DNA of 64,000 nt from an uncultured Planctomycetia bacterium (GTDB lineage: Bacteria; Omnitrophota; Gorgyraeia; 2-02-FULL-51-18): positions 5,763 through 69,762 of the forward strand of contig CAYODQ010000002.1 in NCBI GenBank assembly GCA_964402785.1, in the 5' to 3' direction. The notes below the pieces were generated by a model. It was not told the origin of the DNA. It saw only the letters and a list, made by a program, of their open reading frames with translations, and did no database searches. Every line of letters begins with the position of its first letter. Position 1 is the stretch's first letter. This document shows, in pieces, positions 1-8,665 of this stretch. The translations under genes were made by a program, and so were the position numbers.

Positions 1-1074
1 GACCTTTTGACCATCGATACTAACGGCACCTTGTTCAATTAGCCGCTTCGCTTCCGATGTCGAAGTAACAGCACCAGCACGTTTTAGGAGTTCGGCTATC
101 CATATCTCTTTCTCAGTAATCTTCAACTCCTCCGGCTTCTCCGGCGCCTCTTTATTACTGAAGACGCGCGTAAACTCCCCCGCCTGCTCCTCCGCCGCCT
201 TTTGCCCATGAAGCTCTGCCGTCAAGATCTTAGCCAGCTTCACCTTCGCATCCCGCGGATGCATGGACGCATCAAATTTTTCATGGGTTAAAAGGTCGTA
301 ATAGGATTTCATAAGCGTGTCGGGAATAGACATCGCCTTTCCGAATACATCCTTGGGGGTGTCGTGGACACCGATATAGTTACCGTAGGACTTGGACATC
401 TTCTGCGTGCCATCGAGGCCTACGAGAAGCGGCATGGTCATGACGACTTGTGGGCGCTGTGCGAAATCTTTTTGGAGATTGCGGCCCATGAGGAGATTGA
501 ATTTCTGGTCGGTGCCGCCTAGCTCGATGTCGGCCTTCACGATGACCGAGTCATAGCCCTGGATCAGCGGATACAGCATCTCTTTGATGGAGATGGGATG
601 ATTGCCGGCCATGCGCTTCTCGAAATCATCGCGCTCCAGGATACGTGCGACGGTGGCGAGTGGTGCTATCTTTGACAAAAACTCGGTGAACATCATCTTG
701 CCGAACCAGTCGCTGTTACGGACGATCTCTATCTTCTTGGGATCGCGATCCAGGATCTTAAAAGCCTGCTCGGTGTAGGTTTTGGCATTGGACTCGACTT
801 CTTTCTCGGAGAGTGCGGGCCTGGTCTGGCTGCGGCCGGTGGGGTCGCCTATCATGGCGGTGAAATCACCCACGATGAACACGACCTTATGTCCCATATC
901 CTGGAACTCACGGAGCTTTCTTAAGAGCACAGTGTGGCCCAGATGGATGTCGGGTGCTGAGGGGTCAAAACCAGCTTTGACACGCAGAGGTTTACCCTCT
1001 TTGAGGCGGGCTTCCAGATCAGCTCGGTCTATGACATCAACGGCGTTACGACAAAGAATTTCAATGGGATTCAT
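1..1074 (-). CDS. tyrS: Tyrosine--tRNA ligase (3' end runs off the window)
   Basis: Absent from the ORF track because there is no stop in the window. Manual translation from ATG at 1074: MNPIEILCRNAVDVIDRADLEARLKEGKPLRVKAGFDPSAPDIHLGH (HIGH-type motif), then GDFTAMIGDPTG, GLDGTQKMSKSYGN (KMSKS), and S4-like STSEAKRLIEQGAVSIDGQKV at the window edge. Confidence 0.96.
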   Translation of the reverse strand, partial: MNPIEILCRNAVDVIDRADLEARLKEGKPLRVKAGFDPSAPDIHLGHTVLLRKLREFQDMGHKVVFIVGDFTAMIGDPTGRSQTRPALSEKEVESNAKTYTEQAFKILDRDPKKIEIVRNSDWFGKMMFTEFLSKIAPLATVARILERDDFEKRMAGNHPISIKEMLYPLIQGYDSVIVKADIELGGTDQKFNLLMGRNLQKDFAQRPQVVMTMPLLVGLDGTQKMSKSYGNYIGVHDTPKDVFGKAMSIPDTLMKSYYDLLTHEKFDASMHPRDAKVKLAKILTAELHGQKAAEEQAGEFTRVFSNKEAPEKPEELKITEKEIWIAELLKRAGAVTSTSEAKRLIEQGAVSIDGQKV

Positions 1075-1090
1075 GGGGAATACTATAACA
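1075..1090 (-). promoter_or_regulatory. Putative extended -10 promoter (TGtTATAGT) 7 nt before the tyrS ATG
   Basis: Minus strand reads TG-T-TATAGT-ATTCCCC-ATG, with no SD sequence before the ATG. Confidence 0.5.
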
Positions 1091-1106
1091 CGGGAGGTAT
1101 AAATAA

Positions 1107-1136
1107 CGTAGGGGCAGCCCGAAGGCTACCCCTACG
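1107..1136. repeat. Short GTAG-type REP-like hairpin just after the rpsA stop
   Basis: CGTAGGGGCAGCC-CGAA-GGCTACCCCTACG; ends match those of the elements at 4011 and 20592. Confidence 0.75.
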
Positions 1137-1142
1137 CTGGAA

Positions 1143-2750
1143 TTACTTCTGCGCGATGCCTTTTGTGGACAAAGCGATCTTCCTCTGAGGAAGATCGATC
1201 TTCACAATGCGCGCTTCAACTTTCTTGCCAACCGGGAAGGTTGTCTCGAGAAGCTGAGGGCTGGAAAGATCGGTTTCAGAAATATGCAAAAGACCTTCGA
1301 CGTCTTTTTCAATTTCCACGAACACACCGAAGCTAGCCACCTTGGTCACTTGTCCGAGGACGAGTGAGCCTTGTGACAACTTGGATGCGATCTCTTCCCA
1401 AGGATCGGTGATAAGCTGTTTCAAGCCAAGAGACAGCTTGTGGTTGACTTCGTCAACGACGAGAACCAACGCTTCCACTTCCTGGCCTTTTTTCAGCACA
1501 TCTTTAGGATGATTCACTTTGCGCGTCCATGACATATCGGACACGTGGATCAAACCATCGATGCCTTCTTCGAGCTCCACAAAAGCGCCGAACTCGGTCA
1601 GGTTGCGAACGGTACCCTTGACCTTGTTGCCCACTTTGTAGCGGTTCTCGACACCGGTCCACGGATTTTCACCCGTTTGCTTGATGCCCAGCGATATTTT
1701 TTCATGTTCTTTGTCAATATTGAGGACCATCACATCCACCGAATCGCCCGCTTTGAAAACTTCAGCAGGGTTGGTGATGCGCTTGGACCACGATATCTCA
1801 GAGACGTGCACAAGACCTTCAATGCCGCGCTCAAGCTCCACAAATACGCCGTAAGGCACCACATTCACGATGCGGCCTTTGGCCTTGGAGCCGATGGGAT
1901 ATCGCGTATCCACATGCGCCCAAGGATTGGCTTCGATTTGTTTTAAGCCCAGCGAAACACGCATGGTTTCCTTGTCAAAGGACAGGATCTTCACATCGAT
2001 CTTATCGCCCACTTTCACCAACTCAGACGGGTGATTCACACGTCCCCAGCTCATGTCGGTGATATGCAGAAGTCCATCGATGCCGCCAAGATTGATGAAC
2101 ACACCGAAGTCGGTGATGTTCTTGACGGTGCCTTTGCGGATGGAGCCGACTTCCAGCTCTTCCATGGTCTTGGCTTTGGATTCTTGTTTTTCTTTTTCGA
2201 GGAGATCCTTGCGTGAAACAATGATGTTTTTGCGGCTTGGATTGATCTTCACGATCTTAACTTGGATGGTTTGTCCGAGTAAGGAGTTGAGTGAACCAAA
2301 TCCTTTCAAGAACGCAAGAGACGCGGGCAAAAATGCTTCGACGCCGATGTCCATCATGAGTCCGCCCTTGACCTTGCGGGTCACGCGGCCTTCGATCGTA
2401 TCGCCTTCTTTGCAATTCTCAACCACACGATCCCAGCCCTGGCTTTTCTCCGCTTTCTTTTTGGAGAGCACCACACGGCCATGCTCGTTCTCGGTCTCTT
2501 CCAGAAGCACTTCGACTTCATCGCCCACTTTGAGTGACGACAATCCGTCGAATTCATACGAAGGCACCATGCCCTCAGACTTGAATCCGATATCGACAAT
2601 GACTTCTTTTTGACCTATGGACACAATGCGACCCTTGACCACGCGGCCTTGGGACAAATTGTGAAAGGTTTGTTCGTAGTTTATTTCGCTCCCGGATACA
2701 GCCAATTCATCAGCTTCATCCAAGAACGTTCTTTGTAGACCACTCGCCAT
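1143..2750 (-). CDS. rpsA: 30S ribosomal protein S1
   Basis: Six S1 repeats (e.g. GTVKNITDFGVFINLGGIDGLLHITDMSW); SD GGAGG upstream. Confidence 0.97.
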   Translation of the reverse strand: MASGLQRTFLDEADELAVSGSEINYEQTFHNLSQGRVVKGRIVSIGQKEVIVDIGFKSEGMVPSYEFDGLSSLKVGDEVEVLLEETENEHGRVVLSKKKAEKSQGWDRVVENCKEGDTIEGRVTRKVKGGLMMDIGVEAFLPASLAFLKGFGSLNSLLGQTIQVKIVKINPSRKNIIVSRKDLLEKEKQESKAKTMEELEVGSIRKGTVKNITDFGVFINLGGIDGLLHITDMSWGRVNHPSELVKVGDKIDVKILSFDKETMRVSLGLKQIEANPWAHVDTRYPIGSKAKGRIVNVVPYGVFVELERGIEGLVHVSEISWSKRITNPAEVFKAGDSVDVMVLNIDKEHEKISLGIKQTGENPWTGVENRYKVGNKVKGTVRNLTEFGAFVELEEGIDGLIHVSDMSWTRKVNHPKDVLKKGQEVEALVLVVDEVNHKLSLGLKQLITDPWEEIASKLSQGSLVLGQVTKVASFGVFVEIEKDVEGLLHISETDLSSPQLLETTFPVGKKVEARIVKIDLPQRKIALSTKGIAQK

Positions 2751-2827
2751 ACTTCCTCCATTACACGGATACGACGACCACTGGCCTAGGCCGCAGACTG
2801 TCGATTTACACCGAAACTTTTAAAAGT

Positions 2828-2904
2828 GCACCAGAGCACCGGCGCACCTGAGCACCAGCATCTCTAGGCTTTTTGGTGCCCTGGTGCCCTGGTGCCCTGG
2901 TGCT
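2828..2904. repeat. Inverted pair of 8-mer tandem arrays (GCACCAGR / TGGTGCCC) flanking the plsC stop
   Basis: gcaccaga-gcaccggc-gcacctga-gcaccagc (2828-2860) faces about four copies of tggtgccc (2874-2904). The second array encodes the plsC tail EHQGTRAPGHQ. Confidence 0.85.
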
Positions 2905-3568
2905 CCAAATTTTTTTTAAGCTGCTGGATATCTGTCATAATCTTCTGACTCACGGCCATGTATCCAGCTTCGCCTTCGCCCCATCCGCTCATCTCAGCCG
3001 GTATGAAAGGCTTTCCGTAACAAACTTTTATTTTCTTACACTTAAAACGTTTAGCACCTTTGGGGAAGGCTTCGTAACTGCCATCAATATAAACCGGCAC
3101 CACCCAAGCACCACTTTTCATGGCCAAAAATCCGACGCCGCCTTCTGGGTTTCGAAACTGCCCATCTTCCGAGCGCGTACCCTCAGGAAACACCGTGACA
3201 CAAGCGCCTTGTTTCAAAATACGTATCAAATCACGGATACTTTTAAAATCGGAAGCACTTTCGGACTTGATCGGATAAGCGCCGATCGAACGAAGCACCC
3301 AGCCCACAAAGCCATGCTTGAACAAATAATCTTTGGCCAAATACGTAACGCGCCGTTTGAGAGAAATACCCATCAGAGGCGGGTCGAGATAACTGGCGTG
3401 ATTGGGCGCCAATATCACCCCTCGTCCATCTCCGGGCAATGGCACCTGGCCAGCATCCAAATACGAGAATCTGAATAATACCTTATAGGTGATAAAAAGA
3501 ACAGCTTGGATCACACGGTAGACAAACTCACTGCCGCCGAAGGGGTTTTTGCTTTCTTTAGGCCCCAC
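2864..3568 (-). CDS. plsC: 1-acyl-sn-glycerol-3-phosphate acyltransferase (LPLAT family)
   Basis: NHASYLD and FPEGTRS motifs. Start taken as GTG 3568 after GGAGAGG (the ORF track starts at 3601). Confidence 0.9.
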   Translation of the reverse strand: MGPKESKNPFGGSEFVYRVIQAVLFITYKVLFRFSYLDAGQVPLPGDGRGVILAPNHASYLDPPLMGISLKRRVTYLAKDYLFKHGFVGWVLRSIGAYPIKSESASDFKSIRDLIRILKQGACVTVFPEGTRSEDGQFRNPEGGVGFLAMKSGAWVVPVYIDGSYEAFPKGAKRFKCKKIKVCYGKPFIPAEMSGWGEGEAGYMAVSQKIMTDIQQLKKNLEHQGTRAPGHQKA

Positions 3569-4283
3569 GAGCCTCTCCAAGAATGGCGAGGATTTTATCA
3601 ACCGTCTGGGGTATTGTCAATGGCGTGGTGTCTAGGACAAGCGCTCCTTTGGCCACTTTGAGGGCGCCTGTTTTGCGCTTAGTATCTGTGGCATCACGGG
3701 TTAGGATCTCCCGGTAAACTTGGTTAAAAGTGGCCTTTTTGCCCTCCGCCAAGAGCTCTTTAAGCCTTCTGCGGGCGCGAAGCTTGGGATCGGCATCAAA
3801 ATAGAATTTGTAGTCCGCCTTGGGAAATACCACGCTTCCGATATCCCGGCCTTCCATGACAGCGCCGCTTTTGGCGCCCAGGATACGCTGCTTTCTGACC
3901 ATCTCCACTCTTATCTTGGGTTCGCGGGCTATGTAAAAAACATTTCGTGTTAATTCGGGCGTACGTATTGCCTTTGTTACGTCCTTACCATCCAAAAAAA
4001 CACGTTGCCCTGTAGGGGCAGGGCTTGTCCCTGCCCGCTTTCGGGCACCCACAAGGGGCGCCCCTACAAAACGAATTTTAATTTTTTTGGCGATTTGGAC
4101 TAAGGTTTTAACATCTTCCAGAGATACACCTTTTTGCATGGCCTTAAGCGTGACAGCGCGGTACATAGCACCCGTGTCGATGTACGGAAGTTTGAGCTTA
4201 ACGGCTAATGCTTTGGCGGTGGATGATTTGCCGCTTCCAGCCGGGCCATCGATGGCGATGATGAGTTTTTTCTTAACAGGCAT
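3558..4283 (-). CDS. cmk: Cytidylate kinase carrying an in-frame REP-derived insert
   Basis: IAIDGPAGSGKSS, DTGAMYRA and EGRDIG motifs; ATG at 4283. Confidence 0.95.
   Translation of the reverse strand: MPVKKKLIIAIDGPAGSGKSSTAKALAVKLKLPYIDTGAMYRAVTLKAMQKGVSLEDVKTLVQIAKKIKIRFVGAPLVGARKRAGTSPAPTGQRVFLDGKDVTKAIRTPELTRNVFYIAREPKIRVEMVRKQRILGAKSGAVMEGRDIGSVVFPKADYKFYFDADPKLRARRRLKELLAEGKKATFNQVYREILTRDATDTKRKTGALKVAKGALVLDTTPLTIPQTVDKILAILGEARGA
4011..4068. repeat. GTAG-type REP doublet inside the cmk coding sequence
   Basis: TGTAGGGGC-AGGGCTTGTCCCTGCCC-gcttt-CGGGCACCCACAAGGGGC-GCCCCTACA, same architecture as the intergenic copy at 20592. Confidence 0.85.
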
Positions 4284-5130
4284 GCGGAGCGAGACGAAGT
4301 GAAACGGAATTGGCGGCACTAATGTATTTTTCTAACAAACGACCATTTTTTGAGACAAGCGCTTTTTTGAGAAGACGGATACTGGCCTCGTGCTCGACCA
4401 GTGATCTTAAGATCTCGGTTTTGTTGGACTGTAAAATATCCGCCCACAGCTTGGGGTCAGATTTAGAAAGCCTTGCGAGATCGCGTATGCTCGGATTACA
4501 AGCCTCCATGCCGAGCCGCGTCAAACGCTGAGCGCCGCCCGACTGAAAGAGTGAAAATGCCAGCACATGCGGAAGATGGCTCACGCGCGCCACCCACTCA
4601 TCGTGTTTCTCGGGTGTCAGAATATGTGTGTGAGCGCCGAGTGCGCGCCAAAATTTCTCGACCACAGGCTCATGGCGTGAGATAAAACATCCTGCCTTTT
4701 CAAATAGATCCGCATCCGCGTGCAATATCCCTGACTTTGCGCCGCCCGCCATGGGATGACAGCCAGTGAAATTAACGCCTTTGAGATATTTTTTGGCGGC
4801 TAGCTCGACCAACACTTTGGAGCTGGCGACATCGATGACATGTACGTCGGGCGAAAGATATTTTTTTAAGATCTTGATCTGCTGAATGATGGTCGAAACA
4901 GGAGCGCACAAGATCACAAGATCCGCATCTTTGACCCCTTCAGCCAAATTCATCGTAGCGCCCTGCAAGGCTCGGCGGCGAAATGCTTTGGCCACCGTGC
5001 TGCGCTGCCGCACCACACCCATCACAAGCTTGGCTAACTTTCGTTTGCGGATGGCAAGGCCTATGGATCCGCCGATAAGCCCAACACCCACGATAGCAAC
5101 TTTCTCGAACATCGGTTTATTAGCGGGCAT
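4273..5130 (-). CDS. tyrA: Prephenate/arogenate dehydrogenase
   Basis: GVGLIGGSI Rossmann motif, HPMAG, HD...SHLPH. Confidence 0.93.
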   Translation of the reverse strand: MPANKPMFEKVAIVGVGLIGGSIGLAIRKRKLAKLVMGVVRQRSTVAKAFRRRALQGATMNLAEGVKDADLVILCAPVSTIIQQIKILKKYLSPDVHVIDVASSKVLVELAAKKYLKGVNFTGCHPMAGGAKSGILHADADLFEKAGCFISRHEPVVEKFWRALGAHTHILTPEKHDEWVARVSHLPHVLAFSLFQSGGAQRLTRLGMEACNPSIRDLARLSKSDPKLWADILQSNKTEILRSLVEHEASIRLLKKALVSKNGRLLEKYISAANSVSLRLAPHAC

Positions 5131-6226
5131 GTGAGAGCACCTTTTTTAATTTGTAAAGAAATCGACGGTTGTCGGCCATCTTTCCGATCGTGACGCGTAA
5201 ATACGTATCCAGCCCCCAGCTGCCCATAGGCCGGACAATGATCCCCTCTTTGAGAAGCGACTCATACACAACTTTGGAGTCCCGCTTCAGATCGAATAAA
5301 ATAAAATTGGTGTACGTATCGACAAAACTCAGCCCCAGCTTGGTCAATTCGTTTTGAATGTATTTCCTGCCCTGCTCGACCGTCCGAATACTTTTTTTGA
5401 GAAAAACTTTGTCATCAAGCGCCGCGCAGGCTGCTTCTTGAGCCAGCAAATTCACATTGAATGGCTCACGCACTTTATTCAGCGTAAAAGCCAGGCTCTC
5501 GCTTGTCATCGCATAACCCACTCGAAGCCCGGCCAAACCATAAGCCTTTGAAAAAGTACGAGTCACAATGAGATTGGAAAAATGTTTGAGTAAATTGAGT
5601 GCGTTGGGATAGTCCTTGCGCGACTGGGCAAATTCACAATAAGCCTCATCCAACACCACCACCACATGTGAAGGCACCCTGTCCAAAAATGCGGACAGCC
5701 TCTTTGTCTCAATATAAGTCCCCACGGGATTGTCAGGGTTGGCGATAAATATAAGCTTGGTGCGCTCATTGATCTGTGAAGCCATGCCCTCGAGATCGTA
5801 CCGAAAAGTTTTCATGGGCACTTTGACAACACGGCCATTTTCAGCGGAGGATGCGATCTCATAGATCAGGAAAGTAGGGTCCGCAATGATCACCTCATCG
5901 CCCATCCCCACAAAAGCTCGCACGGCCATCACCAAAAGCTCATCAGAACCATTGCCAAATACCAGCTGCTCAGGCTTGAGATGCAAGGCGCGGCAAAGTT
6001 TCTGTCTCAGATAATAGCAGCCACCCTCGGGATAGCGGTGCACACGGCCCAATGCCTTACGCATCGCAGCGATGGCCTTAGGAGAAGCGCCCATGGCGTT
6101 TTCGTTGGATGCCATTTTGATGGCATTGCGGATCCCATAATCCCGCTCCAGCTCCTCAAGAGGCTTGCCGGGAACATAACTTTTGACCTGGCGGAGATTT
6201 TGCTTCGCCGATGGAAAAAGAGACAT
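5120..6226 (-). CDS. hisC: Histidinol-phosphate / aromatic aminotransferase
   Basis: ASNEN, GNGSDE, DEAY and RTFSKAYGLAGLRVGY (PLP lysine). Confidence 0.93.
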   Translation of the reverse strand: MSLFPSAKQNLRQVKSYVPGKPLEELERDYGIRNAIKMASNENAMGASPKAIAAMRKALGRVHRYPEGGCYYLRQKLCRALHLKPEQLVFGNGSDELLVMAVRAFVGMGDEVIIADPTFLIYEIASSAENGRVVKVPMKTFRYDLEGMASQINERTKLIFIANPDNPVGTYIETKRLSAFLDRVPSHVVVVLDEAYCEFAQSRKDYPNALNLLKHFSNLIVTRTFSKAYGLAGLRVGYAMTSESLAFTLNKVREPFNVNLLAQEAACAALDDKVFLKKSIRTVEQGRKYIQNELTKLGLSFVDTYTNFILFDLKRDSKVVYESLLKEGIIVRPMGSWGLDTYLRVTIGKMADNRRFLYKLKKVLSHAR

Positions 6227-6227
6227 A

Positions 6228-7301
6228 TTACTCCGCTTTGGGGTAAGAACCCAAGATCTTAAGAAACACGCAGTGGCGGCTCAGCACCGATAGAGCCTTT
6301 CGAACCTTGGCATCATCATGATGACCTTCCAGATCCACAAAGAAATAATAACTCCATACTTTCTTTTTGGACGGACGTGATTCGATCTTGGTCAAATTGA
6401 TCTTGGCTTTTTTGAACGGTGACAAAATATCATGCAAAGCGCCGGACTTGTCTTTGATCTCAAATAAAATAGAGGTCTTATCTTGCCGGGTAGGCCTCGC
6501 CTCACTGCGCGACACCACCAAGAAACGAGTGGTGTTGTTGGGGTTATCCTCGATGGATGAACCCAAGATCTTAAGGCCGTATTCATTGGCAGCTATCTGG
6601 GACGCGATACAAGCAATGCCTTTACGCTTGGGATCTTTGGCCACGATCTGCGCCGCTTCGGCCGTACTCGCCGTCTCCACGAGCTCTGCATTGCGAAGAT
6701 GAGACTCCAGCCACAAACGACACTGGCCAAACACCTGATCCTTTGAAAAAACCTGCTTGATATCCGGCACGACGGCCCCGGCGGACATGAGATAATGATG
6801 CACCGGCAAATAGATCTCGCCGAATATTTTAAGATCCGAAGCAATGAACATGTCCAGCGTATGATTGACGGCGCCTTCGGTCGAGTTTTCAACGGGCACC
6901 ACGCCATAGTCGCAGCGCTCCGCCTCAACATCCAAAAACACATCGGTGATACTGGCACAAGGAGCGTATTCGACGGATGATCCAAATTTTTTCTGCGCGG
7001 CCTGATGCGTGTACGTAACGGGCGGCCCGAGGTATGCGATCTTTACTTTTTTCTCAAGGCTGATCGAGAAAGACATGATCTCGCGATAGATAGCATCTAT
7101 GGCGCCGGGCGTCAAAAGGCCTTTGTTGAGCGCTTTGAGGCGCGTCAAAACTTCCTTCTCACGATGAGGCGCGTAAATGCTCTGGCGATCTTTGGCTTTT
7201 TCTTTGCCGATCTCAAGAGACGCGGCGGCTCGCTCGTTCAAAAGCTCGATGATCTTGGTGTCGATGCCGTCTATTTTTTTACGCAGATTCTGCAGGCTCA
7301 T
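6228..7301 (-). CDS. pheA: Chorismate mutase / prephenate dehydratase (P-protein)
   Basis: N-terminal CM_2 domain (LRKKIDGIDTKI), PVENSTEG, NTTRF, and ACT domain ESRP. Confidence 0.95.
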   Translation of the reverse strand: MSLQNLRKKIDGIDTKIIELLNERAAASLEIGKEKAKDRQSIYAPHREKEVLTRLKALNKGLLTPGAIDAIYREIMSFSISLEKKVKIAYLGPPVTYTHQAAQKKFGSSVEYAPCASITDVFLDVEAERCDYGVVPVENSTEGAVNHTLDMFIASDLKIFGEIYLPVHHYLMSAGAVVPDIKQVFSKDQVFGQCRLWLESHLRNAELVETASTAEAAQIVAKDPKRKGIACIASQIAANEYGLKILGSSIEDNPNNTTRFLVVSRSEARPTRQDKTSILFEIKDKSGALHDILSPFKKAKINLTKIESRPSKKKVWSYYFFVDLEGHHDDAKVRKALSVLSRHCVFLKILGSYPKAE

Positions 7302-7926
7302 CACTCACGCTCGTTGGGTCTTGCTCGACTTCTCCCGAAGCTGCTTCTGCGATCTGAGCTCCTTCCTGCTTCATCTCGGCAGGCAAAAGACTAGGATCCA
7401 GATCTTTTAAAGTGTATTCGGATAAGGCCGGCAGCTCATTGATCGACTTGAGGCCAAATCGCTCCAAAAACTCCTGGGTTGTACCATACAGGATAGGACG
7501 GCCCGGCACGTCTTTTCGGCCGGTGATCTTGACCAGATTGCGCTCCAAAAGTGTTTTGACCGCACCATCCACGGCCACTCCGCGTATCGCTTCAATATCC
7601 GCGCGCGTGACAGGCTGTCTATAAGCAATAACGGACAAAGTCTCCAAAGCCGCCTGGGAAAATTTCTTCTTCTCGCGGGATTCATAAAAACGCTTCAGCG
7701 TATCAGCATACCGAATGTCGGACGCCACCTGATAACCGCCCGCGATCTCGTACAATTTGAATCCGCGGTTCAAAGTCTCGTATTCGTTTTGCAACGCCTC
7801 GATAGCCTCTTTGATCTCAGCCGTTGAGACGTCTCCCGAAAAACCAACTTTCATCTCTTCGGCAGAAAGTGGCCTCTCGCTTGCAAAAAGCAGCGCTTCG
7901 ATCGCATTTTTGAAATCATTATCCAT
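7279..7926 (-). CDS. scpB: SMC-Scp complex subunit ScpB
   Basis: IEALLFAS, ALETLSVIAYRQPVTRADIEAIRGV, PGRPILYGTT. Confidence 0.96.
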   Translation of the reverse strand: MDNDFKNAIEALLFASERPLSAEEMKVGFSGDVSTAEIKEAIEALQNEYETLNRGFKLYEIAGGYQVASDIRYADTLKRFYESREKKKFSQAALETLSVIAYRQPVTRADIEAIRGVAVDGAVKTLLERNLVKITGRKDVPGRPILYGTTQEFLERFGLKSINELPALSEYTLKDLDPSLLPAEMKQEGAQIAEAASGEVEQDPTSVSDEPAESA

Positions 7927-8665
7927 GATCTTGGGATCCCTCCACCGGTTGAATCATCTTTTCGTTGCGTGAAATTTCAATTTCTCCAAATTGTTTATCT
8001 TGCATGGCCAGCACTTCTTTTAAACGGATCAGCTCCAGGATAGCCAAAAAAATAGTGATCGCCTCTACTTTGGTGCGTGCCCGTTCGAAGATCTGGCTAA
8101 AATAGATCTTGGGGGTGCGAGCGAGTTCATGAAAGATCTCATGCACTTTTTCGGCCACGGTGTACTCATCCCGCACCACCTCGTGATACACTTCCTTGGG
8201 GATACTTTTCAGGACTTTGTTAAAAGCCTCCAAAAGCTCGAACAGCGTGACATCTGCGATCGGAATATCCGCTGGTGAGATCTCGGGCTCTACGCCAAAA
8301 CGCCCAAAGATACCGCTTTGGATCTCTTCTTGGGCCTTGAGACGCTCAGCGGCCTCTTTGAAAGCTTTGTATTGCAGAAGACGGCGCACAAGCTCCGCAC
8401 GAGGATCCTCTTCGTCAGTTTCAATGCCCTCCGGATCCGGCGGAAGCAGCATCTTGGATTTGATATGCATCAGTGTGGCCGCCATCACCAAAAACTCTCC
8501 GGCAATATCCAGATCCAACATCTCCATCAAATTCAAATACTCGAGATATTGCTCGGTGATACGCGTCATGGGGATATCTGAGATGCTGAGCTCTTCCTTG
8601 CGGATCAAATGCAAAAGAAGATCCAGAGGCCCTTCGAACATCTCTAACTTAACTTTATAACTCAC
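7919..8665 (-). CDS. scpA: Segregation/condensation protein ScpA
   Basis: FEGPLDLLLHLI, FLVMAATL.IKS.MLLP, FLAILEL. Confidence 0.96.
   Translation of the reverse strand: MSYKVKLEMFEGPLDLLLHLIRKEELSISDIPMTRITEQYLEYLNLMEMLDLDIAGEFLVMAATLMHIKSKMLLPPDPEGIETDEEDPRAELVRRLLQYKAFKEAAERLKAQEEIQSGIFGRFGVEPEISPADIPIADVTLFELLEAFNKVLKSIPKEVYHEVVRDEYTVAEKVHEIFHELARTPKIYFSQIFERARTKVEAITIFLAILELIRLKEVLAMQDKQFGEIEISRNEKMIQPVEGSQDHG

Noticed and set aside
782-1102. 106-aa plus-strand ORF
   Set aside because: It is antisense to tyrS, which the ORF track missed because its stop is outside the window.
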